From an uncultured Gammaproteobacteria bacterium (lineage in GTDB: Bacteria; Patescibacteriota; Microgenomatia; PFEM01; DATLAM01): a stretch of 64,000 bases of DNA. The DNA is taken from NCBI GenBank assembly GCA_964566925.1, contig CAZMIZ010000001.1:219968-283967 (forward strand), written 5' to 3'. The position numbers were made by a program, and so were the translations under genes. Below, piece after piece: positions 56,592 through 64,000 of this stretch; positions within the stretch are counted from its first letter, which is position 1; each line of letters opens with the position of its first letter. Under the pieces are notes generated by a model, which worked only from the letters and a program-made list of their open reading frames with translations, ran no database searches and was not told where the DNA came from.

Positions 56592-57650
56592 ATGACTTTA
56601 AATCGACTTCGTCTCCAAAATTTTCGCAGCTTCCTTAAAAAGGAGCTTCAGTTGTCTTCAGGCGTGACTTTAATTGTCGGGCCGAACACTTCGGGTAAAA
56701 CCAATCTTTTGGAAGCCATTTACCTTTTAGCGACTGGCAAAAGCCTTCGGGCGGGCGTTGAGCGAGAGATGATTAACTATGGCAAGGAAATTGCCAGGGT
56801 TAAAGGCCGAGTCAAGAATTCAGAAATTAATGACTTAGAAATCATTTTAACCACTGGCCAGGTAGCTGGCGAGCGAGCGGCTAAAAAAAGATATTTAGTT
56901 AACGGGGTAGGAAAAAGAATGGTTGATTTCGTTGGTAGATTGCGCTGTGTTTTCTTTGGACCAGAAGACTTAGAGATTATTATTAATAGTCCTTCAATCC
57001 GCCGGGCCTATCTTGATTCAGTTTTAGAACAAGTTGATAAGGATTATCGCCGAGCCAGTCTTTCCTATCAAAAAGGGTTGCGGCAGAGAAACAGGTTGTT
57101 AGAACAGATTAAGGATGAGGGTAAACCAAGGTCAATTCTCTTTTTCTGGGATAAACTTTTACTTGAGAATGGTGAGATTATTACCCAAAAGCGGGCAGAA
57201 TTTATTGAATTTATCAATCAACAGCCTGATTTTTTCGGCGACCTTCAGCTTAACTACGATAAAAGTATTATTTCCCCCCAGAGATTGGAAAAATATAAAC
57301 GAGAGGAAATAGCCGCTGGGATGACTTTGGTGGGGCCACATCGAGATGACTTTGTCATCGGTATTAAGAACAAGAAATTAAAAATCAGGAATTTACATAC
57401 CTTTGGCTCAAGAGGGGAGCAGAGAACAGCCGTTTTTAGTCTAAAATTGGCTGAGATGGAATATATTACTGAGAAGACTGAAACCAGACCGGTGCTTTTA
57501 CTGGACGACATCTTTTCTGAGCTTGATCACGAACGAAGAAAAAGGCTTTTGGAGGTAATTCCTAAACAACAAACCTTAATGACGACCACCGATATCCATC
57601 TAGTTGATCCTGCCTATAGGAGAAAGGTGGCCAAGATTGAGTTGAAGTAA
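56592..57650 (+). CDS. recF: DNA replication/repair protein RecF
   Basis: NFRS, GPNTSGKTN, GPHRDD, SRGEQR, LLLDDIFSELD. Confidence 0.95.
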   Translation: MTLNRLRLQNFRSFLKKELQLSSGVTLIVGPNTSGKTNLLEAIYLLATGKSLRAGVEREMINYGKEIARVKGRVKNSEINDLEIILTTGQVAGERAAKKRYLVNGVGKRMVDFVGRLRCVFFGPEDLEIIINSPSIRRAYLDSVLEQVDKDYRRASLSYQKGLRQRNRLLEQIKDEGKPRSILFFWDKLLLENGEIITQKRAEFIEFINQQPDFFGDLQLNYDKSIISPQRLEKYKREEIAAGMTLVGPHRDDFVIGIKNKKLKIRNLHTFGSRGEQRTAVFSLKLAEMEYITEKTETRPVLLLDDIFSELDHERRKRLLEVIPKQQTLMTTTDIHLVDPAYRRKVAKIELK

Positions 57651-57660
57651 GTTAAAATGT

Positions 57661-58227
57661 ATGATTAAGAAAATGAAGATAGTTGGCATTGGTGGAAGCC
57701 CGAGAAAAAAGAGTAATTCTACTCAAATGGTAGAAGAGGTTCTCCGAGGAGCAGCAGATGCTGGCGCAAAAACAAAACTTATTAAAGTTGTTGATTTAAA
57801 CTTAAAATATTGTGATGGCTGTCTGGTTTGTGACCAGACAGGAAAATGCCATTTTGGAGATAGGGGAAACAAGATTAATGAAGAACTTGTCCAAGCTGAT
57901 GGGTTGGTAATTGGTACGCCTGACAGATTCGACAACGTTTCTGGGCATTTAAAGAATTTCATTGATCGCACTAATCCTTTAGCAGCAAAAGAGAGGCTTA
58001 AAGGGAAAAAGGCCGTTTTGGTAACGACCGGATACTGGCATGATGATACTTCCAGAGAAAGAGCTTTAGCCTGCTTGGAACATTTTTGCGAAGCTCATGG
58101 AGTAAAGGTAACCGATAAAGTGGGCGTTTACGAGAAAAGCGGAAAGCCCGGAATGATAGCTAAAGAGAAAAAGGTTTTAGACTTTTGCCGAAAAACAGGA
58201 CAGAGGTTAGCTAGGTTTCTAAGTTAG
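57661..58227 (+). CDS. flavodoxin-fold iron-sulfur flavoprotein
   Basis: GSPRK.SN, CxxCxxCx5C, LKNFIDR. Confidence 0.88.
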   Translation: MIKKMKIVGIGGSPRKKSNSTQMVEEVLRGAADAGAKTKLIKVVDLNLKYCDGCLVCDQTGKCHFGDRGNKINEELVQADGLVIGTPDRFDNVSGHLKNFIDRTNPLAAKERLKGKKAVLVTTGYWHDDTSRERALACLEHFCEAHGVKVTDKVGVYEKSGKPGMIAKEKKVLDFCRKTGQRLARFLS

Positions 58228-58277
58228 CCTTTTTTCTTCTCTGACTTTTCCGCCACCTTTTATGATAAAATCTGGCT

Positions 58278-59168
58278 ATGCTTTGGTTTTGGTTAACAGT
58301 TGCTGGCGGTTTATTTGGTAGCGTCAGATCGTTGATCACCCGGGTTATAATGCGGGATGAGGAAGAAAGCCTAGCTTACGCTTTTATTTACCAGGCGATG
58401 CTCGCCATTTTTATCATTCCTTTTTTAGGTTTTGGTTTTAAATTACCAAGAACAATTTTTCCTTATCTAGTTATTTTTTTGGTCGGCGTTTTTGATACTC
58501 TGGCACTTTATCTCTTTTTAGAAAGTGCCCGATTTCTTGAAGCCTCTTTCCGACAAATTTTGATCCAAGCGGAAATGATCTGGGTTTTGTTTTTTGGCGT
58601 TTTGCTATTACAAGAAAGCCTGAATTTGTCCAAATTTCTAGGGGTCGGTTTAATTTTATTGGGGATAATCTTGGCTACCTATCAAAAAGAAAAAAAAGCG
58701 AAGTTCAAGAATCTCTGGTTAGGGTTTTGGGGCGCAAAGAAGACAATCAGGAAAAAAGGGATTATTTTTACTCTTGTTGCCACGACTTTAGAAGCCTTTG
58801 GGATCATTGCGATTAAAACCCTCTTAGATGAATTTTCTCCTTCGATTGTGGCTTTTGGAGTAAGGGGAATTTCTGCTATTTATCTTCTTCTAATCATCAA
58901 GGATTTGAAACCCCGGGTGGTCAATTTTGTTCAGAGAAAGAAAGGGTTGATTTTGACTCACGGTTTAGCTGGGACGGCTGCCTTTTTCCTTTTCCTTTGG
59001 GCAACTTCATTAGCAGAAGTCAGCCGGACATTGCCTATTGCTCAGAGCTTTACTGTTTTAACCGTTCTAGCAGGAATTGCCTTTTTAAAAGAAAGAGGAA
59101 GAGTTTGGCAGAAAATTTTTGGCAGTGTCTTAGCTGCGATTGGCGTGATTTTGGTGAAAGGGGTTTAA
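58278..59168 (+). CDS. EamA/DMT transporter
   Basis: two 5-TM repeats, FLKER. Confidence 0.88.
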   Translation: MLWFWLTVAGGLFGSVRSLITRVIMRDEEESLAYAFIYQAMLAIFIIPFLGFGFKLPRTIFPYLVIFLVGVFDTLALYLFLESARFLEASFRQILIQAEMIWVLFFGVLLLQESLNLSKFLGVGLILLGIILATYQKEKKAKFKNLWLGFWGAKKTIRKKGIIFTLVATTLEAFGIIAIKTLLDEFSPSIVAFGVRGISAIYLLLIIKDLKPRVVNFVQRKKGLILTHGLAGTAAFFLFLWATSLAEVSRTLPIAQSFTVLTVLAGIAFLKERGRVWQKIFGSVLAAIGVILVKGV

Positions 59169-59171
59169 GAA

Positions 59172-59453
59172 TTACCCTTTTTTCTTCTCTAGCTTTTCCG
59201 CCAGCTTGCTTAATTGGAGAGTGACGGTAACGGCGAGGATAGTGACAATGATGGCGTAGATCATTAGAGAAATCATGCCCGAGCCAACGCTAATTCTGGT
59301 TTTGATGTAGTCGTTAATAAAAGTTTTGATCAATTCGTTCCAGGCTAGAGCTGCCACTAAACCAAAACCACTGGTGGCTAGCTTAAGCATCTGTTTGACC
59401 ACCGCTAGCTGGTACTTCCTAATTTCTTCTTGAGTTTTTTTGATTGGTTCCAT
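59172..59453 (-). CDS. DUF5654 membrane protein
   Basis: FGLVAALAWN. Confidence 0.85.
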   Translation of the reverse strand: MEPIKKTQEEIRKYQLAVVKQMLKLATSGFGLVAALAWNELIKTFINDYIKTRISVGSGMISLMIYAIIVTILAVTVTLQLSKLAEKLEKKKG

Positions 59454-59496
59454 TTGATTATTGATTTTTCCCGCAAAAAATGCGATAATTATTCTA

Positions 59497-60567
59497 ATGT
59501 ATCAGCCTCAATTTACCATAACCAACGAAATTTTGCAAAATATCGGCTTGATTGAAGCGGCCAAAGAGGTGATTGAAAATGCTCCTTTGATCCCGGTTTA
59601 TGAGGCCCAGTTTATTAAAGAGGCGATCTTACGGACAGTTCATCACGGCACCCATATTGAAGGTAACGAACTTAATCTTAGCGAAGTTAAGAAGACCCTT
59701 GAGGGCAACGAAATTGTCGCCCGAGAAAGAGACGTTCAAGAAGTAATTAATTATCGGAACGTCATTCGTTACCTCGATAAGTTGGAGAAAGAAAAAAAGA
59801 AAGAAGATTTCAATTACACCCAAACAATTCTTAAGAAAATTAACGAAATTGCCTGTGAGAGAATTATTACTGATGGTCGAGCCGGTAAATTTAGAAAAAC
59901 CCAGGTTATTTTGCGAAATAGCGCTACTGGGGAAGTTGTTTTCCGGCCCCCACCCGCAGTCGAGGTGAGGTTTTTAATAGAAGATTTTTTCGCCTGGATT
60001 AATTCGGCGACAGCTGAAAAGGTCCATCCTGTTATTCGGGCGGGGATTGCCCATTACTATTTAGTGGCCGTCCATCCCTTCATCGAGGCTAACGGCCGGA
60101 CCGCCCGGGCTTTGGCCACCCTAATCCTGTTTACCGAGGGTTATGATATCAGGAAATTTTTTGCCTTGGAGGAATATTTTGATAAAGATGCCCTCCATTA
60201 TTATCAGGGTTTGATGGCCGTCGATCGACAGTCAGGAGATCTGACCAAAAGGGATTTGACCCCCTGGCTTGAATATTTTACTCAAGCAATGGCGGTGGAA
60301 TTAACGAGAATTAAAGAAAAAGTTAAAAAACTCTCGGTTGACCTTAAACTTAAAAGCCGGATTGGGGCCCAAATTCCCCTGAATGAGCGCCAAATAAAAT
60401 TGGTTGAATACCTCGAAGAGAATGGTTTTATTACCATGAGTGAGGCGCGGAAATTGATTCCCCAATACTCTGAAGACACCCTCCTCCGTGATTTGAAATA
60501 TCTAATGAAAAAAGGTATTCTTAGGAAAAGAGGCAAGACTAAAGGCGCTAAATATATTATGAAATAA
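59497..60567 (+). CDS. Fic family protein with C-terminal wHTH
   Basis: THIEGN inhibitory motif, HPFIEANGRTAR; ATG 59497 after TTGATT-N17-GATAAT. Confidence 0.92.
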   Translation: MYQPQFTITNEILQNIGLIEAAKEVIENAPLIPVYEAQFIKEAILRTVHHGTHIEGNELNLSEVKKTLEGNEIVARERDVQEVINYRNVIRYLDKLEKEKKKEDFNYTQTILKKINEIACERIITDGRAGKFRKTQVILRNSATGEVVFRPPPAVEVRFLIEDFFAWINSATAEKVHPVIRAGIAHYYLVAVHPFIEANGRTARALATLILFTEGYDIRKFFALEEYFDKDALHYYQGLMAVDRQSGDLTKRDLTPWLEYFTQAMAVELTRIKEKVKKLSVDLKLKSRIGAQIPLNERQIKLVEYLEENGFITMSEARKLIPQYSEDTLLRDLKYLMKKGILRKRGKTKGAKYIMK

Positions 60568-60570
60568 TAG

Positions 60571-60768
60571 ATGAAGCCAACAGAGCCTCAATTTTTATAC
60601 ATGATCCTCGTATTGCCCAGTCTTTTTGGCCTAACTTTAGTGGGTGAAGGCTTGAATAAGATTCTCAAGAACGAAACAGCCGGTTGGCTTTCAATAATTT
60701 TCGGCGTTCTGTTTATCGGTGTCGTTATTTTTGCTTTCCTTTTCTTTTCGCAAACGTTAGCCTTTTAA
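60571..60768 (+). CDS. small two-TM protein
   Basis: LPSLFGLTLVGEG; hydrophobic. Confidence 0.7.
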   Translation: MKPTEPQFLYMILVLPSLFGLTLVGEGLNKILKNETAGWLSIIFGVLFIGVVIFAFLFFSQTLAF

Positions 60769-60769
60769 A

Positions 60770-62503
60770 ATGACCTTCCAGAAATTAACTTCCTTTTTCC
60801 AGGAATTGGAGAAAACCGCCTCTCGGAACAAGATGACGGAGATTTTAGCCAAATTGCTTAAATCCGCCGAGACTAAGGAAGTGGACAAAGTTTGTTATCT
60901 TTCTCTAGGTCGGTTGGCCCCTCTTTATAAAGGGGTAGAGTTTAATTTAGCCGAAAAAATGCTCATTCGCGTTTTAGCTCAGGCTTACAAAAAAGAAGAA
61001 GCCAAGATTAAGAAAAAATATAAAGAATTGGGTGATTTAGGAGATGTGGCTGCCTTTTTTGACAAAAAAGCCAAGGCAAAACCGTTATCAGTTAACCAGA
61101 CCTATGAATGGCTTCTAGAGATTGCTTTAGAATCAGGCAAAGGTTCAGTTGAAAGAAAGATTGGAAAAACAACCCAGCTTTTAGATGATCTGGATGCCCA
61201 ATCAGCTAAATATGTGGTCCGGATTCCTTTAGGCAAACTGCGTCTGGGCTTTTCTGATTTAACGATTCTTGATGCCCTTTCTTGGTTAATAGCTGGTAAT
61301 AAAAGCAAAAGAGCCGAAATTGAAGCAGCCTACAATGTTCGGGCGGATGTTGGTCAGATTGCCCAAATAATTAAACAAAAAGGTTTATCGGGCTTGAAAA
61401 GAGTTAAAGTTCAACTCGGCGTGCCGGTGGTGCCCGCCCTCACCCAGAGGCTGCCCAATCCAGAAGAAATGATTAAAAAAATGACCTCTGAAAAAGAAAA
61501 CTTAGTTGCTTCGGAACCGAAATATGACGGTACCCGGCTTCAGATCCATTTTAAGAAAAAGAAAAAGCTAGTTTCTACTTTTACAAGAAATCTTGAGAGT
61601 ACTACTCATATGTTTCCAGATCTGACTCGAGCCGTTTTTAGTGAAGTCAAAGCCGCCGAAGCCATTTTAGACGGTGAGGCGATAGGCTTTGATCCGAAAA
61701 CCGGTAAATTCTTGCCTTTTCAGGAAACCATCAAGCGGAAAAGAAAATACGGGATTGGTAAGAAAGTTAAGGAAATTCCCTTAAAGTTTTTCTGCTTTGA
61801 CCTTTTATATAAAGACGGCAGAGACCTTTTGAAAGAATCTTTTAAAAAGAGGCGTCAGATTTTAGAAAAAATTATTTCTTCAAAGAATAAAACGATTCTC
61901 CTTTCTCCTCAAATGGTTAGCAGTAACCCTAATGAGCTCCGACGCTATCACGATGAGCAAATAAAAAAGGGCCTGGAAGGTTCAGTGGTCAAAAAATGGG
62001 AAGCACCGTACGATCCGGGGAGGCGAGGTTATACCTGGGTAAAATTTAAAGCCGAAAAGGGGAAGAAAGGAGCTGGACTGGCTGATACTTTAGATTGTGT
62101 GGTCATGGGTTACAACAAAGGGAAGGGGAAAAGGGCTCAATTTGGTTTGGGTGCCTTTTTGGTCGGAGTTAGAAAGGGGAACAATTTTTTGACCATTTCT
62201 AAAATTGGCACCGGTCTCTCGGATGAGCAGTGGCGAGAAATGTACCAGCGGTGTCAAAAATCAAATGTTAAAACTCAAACCAAGCCTAAAAATTACCTGG
62301 TTGATAAGAATTTAGAGCCGGATACCTGGTGTGCGCCTAAGATTGTGGTTGAAATCGAGGCAGACAATATCACCAGATCGCCAATTCATACGGCTAAATA
62401 TGCCCTTCGCTTTCCAAGACTAGTTCGCTTTCGAGATGATAAAGCCCCAACTCAAGCAACTACCCTGGCCGAAGCAAAGAAGCTCTATAAACTTCAGAAA
62501 TAA
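60770..62503 (+). CDS. lig: ATP-dependent DNA ligase (archaeal/eukaryote-like architecture)
   Basis: N-terminal DNA-binding domain, EPKYDGTR, LDGE, FDLL, EGSVVK, LRFPR. Confidence 0.94.
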   Translation: MTFQKLTSFFQELEKTASRNKMTEILAKLLKSAETKEVDKVCYLSLGRLAPLYKGVEFNLAEKMLIRVLAQAYKKEEAKIKKKYKELGDLGDVAAFFDKKAKAKPLSVNQTYEWLLEIALESGKGSVERKIGKTTQLLDDLDAQSAKYVVRIPLGKLRLGFSDLTILDALSWLIAGNKSKRAEIEAAYNVRADVGQIAQIIKQKGLSGLKRVKVQLGVPVVPALTQRLPNPEEMIKKMTSEKENLVASEPKYDGTRLQIHFKKKKKLVSTFTRNLESTTHMFPDLTRAVFSEVKAAEAILDGEAIGFDPKTGKFLPFQETIKRKRKYGIGKKVKEIPLKFFCFDLLYKDGRDLLKESFKKRRQILEKIISSKNKTILLSPQMVSSNPNELRRYHDEQIKKGLEGSVVKKWEAPYDPGRRGYTWVKFKAEKGKKGAGLADTLDCVVMGYNKGKGKRAQFGLGAFLVGVRKGNNFLTISKIGTGLSDEQWREMYQRCQKSNVKTQTKPKNYLVDKNLEPDTWCAPKIVVEIEADNITRSPIHTAKYALRFPRLVRFRDDKAPTQATTLAEAKKLYKLQK

Positions 62504-62591
62504 GAATGGGATTGAAATTTTAATTAGTTTATGTTATTAAGAATCTAAGCTGCCTAAAGGCAGCTTTTGAATAGAAAGGGGGTGAAAGAAA

Positions 62592-63363
62592 ATGAGAGAG
62601 TTTAAAGATGAAGTTTCAGATCCTTCAGTAGTCCAGGAACAACTTTTAGGTTCCGCACGAGAAGGAGTCAGAAATTGGCTTACTAAAAAAGCCGAACCAG
62701 TGCTTAATGGGAGAAAAAGGAAAGCTGTCCTTTTTAGAATTCCATCGGATGGGCACCTGCCATTCGAAGTTTTAAGATGTATACCTGATGATCTATGTTA
62801 TCCTGCAAGTGGTTTACTCAACGAAGGCCTTGATCTTTTTTTAGAGGGCTTAGGAATAAATCGCTCAGATTTTAAAGAAAGACAGGAAAGAGCAAGAGCT
62901 AGGATGCGGAGGAGAGCTCACCCATATCGTGGAGGCACCGCCCAGATTGTTTATCAGACAGATAAGCCGGATATCCAAATAATCTACGGAGAAGGATTTA
63001 TGCGTCGAGACGATGCTTTCCCTCAGTCCAAAGCCTGGATGGTTGTTAACAAGGAAGTGCCGACTTTCAGAGAAAGACTTGTTTCAGTTTTTTCAAGAGG
63101 TTCATCACAAGCCGAGACGGAATCGGAAGGAAAGCAGCTTCTTGATGTTGCCGGTGCAGTTTTGGCGATCTCTCTGAGAGACTTTTGAGAAATTATTAAA
63201 TTCGGGAGAGGAAGAGGTTATCTGGGATAATTTAGCCGAAGTTGTTGATGAAGGCGAGCTAGAAAGGAGATTTCCTGAGGTATTTGAGCAGTTTCCTGCA
63301 GATCCAGAATTAGTTCGCCAGGCTTTAACAGCTTGTGTTAGGGTTTTTGGAAAAAGCGTTTAA
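62592..63363 (+). pseudogene. hypothetical protein with +1 frameshift at TTT-TGA (63183-88)
   Basis: 198-aa ORF followed by 58 protein-like codons in the +1 frame with no ATG. Confidence 0.5.
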
Positions 63364-63393
63364 ATTTCAGGCTGAATGTGATAGCATGGAGGT

Positions 63394-64000
63394 ATGGGTG
63401 GGAAGAAAAAAGATGACTTCTTGGAAAGGGGCTTGACTTCTAAAGAAGCCCAGGGCCGCTTGGAAGAATTTGGGCCGAATGAGTTGAAAAAGGCGCCTGG
63501 TTTTTCCAGTCTAAAGCTTTTCCTTTTTCAATTTAAATCTCCTTTAGTTTATGTTCTTCTTTTTGCGGGTCTAGTGACTCTTTTTCTTCATGATTTTACT
63601 GACTCTCTGGTTATTTTTGCGGCCGTTTCGATTAATGCCGTTTTGGGTTTTTATCAAGAAAAGAAGGCTCAACAATCTTTAGCGGCTCTTCGGTCTCTTT
63701 TAAGTCCCCACGCGAAAGTTATTCGTGATGGTGAGCGTCAGATTATTGAGGCCCGCCAGGTGGTACCGGGAGATTTGGTAGTTTTAGAAATTGGCGAGCG
63801 GGTGCCAGCCGATGGTGTTTTGGTTGAGACCACCGATTTAAGTCTTAATGAGGCGATTCTAACTGGTGAGAGCATGCCGGTGGCCAAGAAGCTTAAAGAT
63901 GAAGTTTTTATGGGAACAACTGTGACCACCGGCATTGCCAAAATGGAAGTGGTTAAAACCGGAATTGAGACTCAGGCAGGCAAAATCGGCGAAAGGGTGG
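63394..64000 (+). CDS. cation-transporting P-type ATPase (P2-like), 3'-truncated by window
   Basis: GLTSKEA..RL..FGPNEL, FYQE, VIRDG, VPGDLV, VPADG, LTGES. Confidence 0.93.
   Translation, partial: MGGKKKDDFLERGLTSKEAQGRLEEFGPNELKKAPGFSSLKLFLFQFKSPLVYVLLFAGLVTLFLHDFTDSLVIFAAVSINAVLGFYQEKKAQQSLAALRSLLSPHAKVIRDGERQIIEARQVVPGDLVVLEIGERVPADGVLVETTDLSLNEAILTGESMPVAKKLKDEVFMGTTVTTGIAKMEVVKTGIETQAGKIGERV

Noticed and set aside
891-63941. Many short antisense or overlapping ORFs in the track (e.g. 2007-2273, 15514-15810, 32864-33310, 52270-52656, 63738-63941)
   Set aside because: Shadows of well-supported genes, no motifs
1-64000. CRISPR array, rRNA, transposase, reverse transcriptase or phage structural genes
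   Set aside because: No regularly spaced repeats or recognisable motifs seen
1-64000. UGA recoded as Gly (code 25)
   Set aside because: Conserved genes such as iscU, nrdG and fba end at TGA at expected lengths and have no internal TGA

Overview
Core-chromosome segment of a bacterium whose gene content (DUF5667/DUF5654 proteins, archaeal-type TIM, ATP-dependent ligase, standalone 5'-3' exonuclease, two class A PBPs, VirD4-like ATPase) suggests Patescibacteria/CPR, probably Microgenomates; this is inferred, not searched. Layout: end of rpoD; tRNA-Asn(GUU) split by a 548-nt group I intron carrying an HNH endonuclease; a 2.5-kb integrase-less islet bounded by a 26-bp direct repeat that includes the tRNA 3' end, holding a PIN toxin pair, a structured sRNA and two HEPN-motif genes; about 8 kb of small single-gene units with a second orphan sRNA; ArsR-IscS-IscU-KorAB; a glycolysis/deoC cluster; PBPs; a B12 uptake locus with a cobalamin riboswitch downstream of it; nrdDG; VirD4-like ATPase; tRNA-Ile(UAU); Xer-like recombinase; tRNA-fMet/Met; a leader-peptide attenuator before racemase-trpS; ftsH, repair genes, Fic, ligase and a partial P-type ATPase. 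Window-wide patterns: -10 boxes 5-8 nt before ATG (leaderless mRNAs), GC-rich palindromes inserted in frame in ordinary genes, and short direct repeats bracketing gene modules. No CRISPR array, rRNA, transposase or reverse transcriptase was seen.
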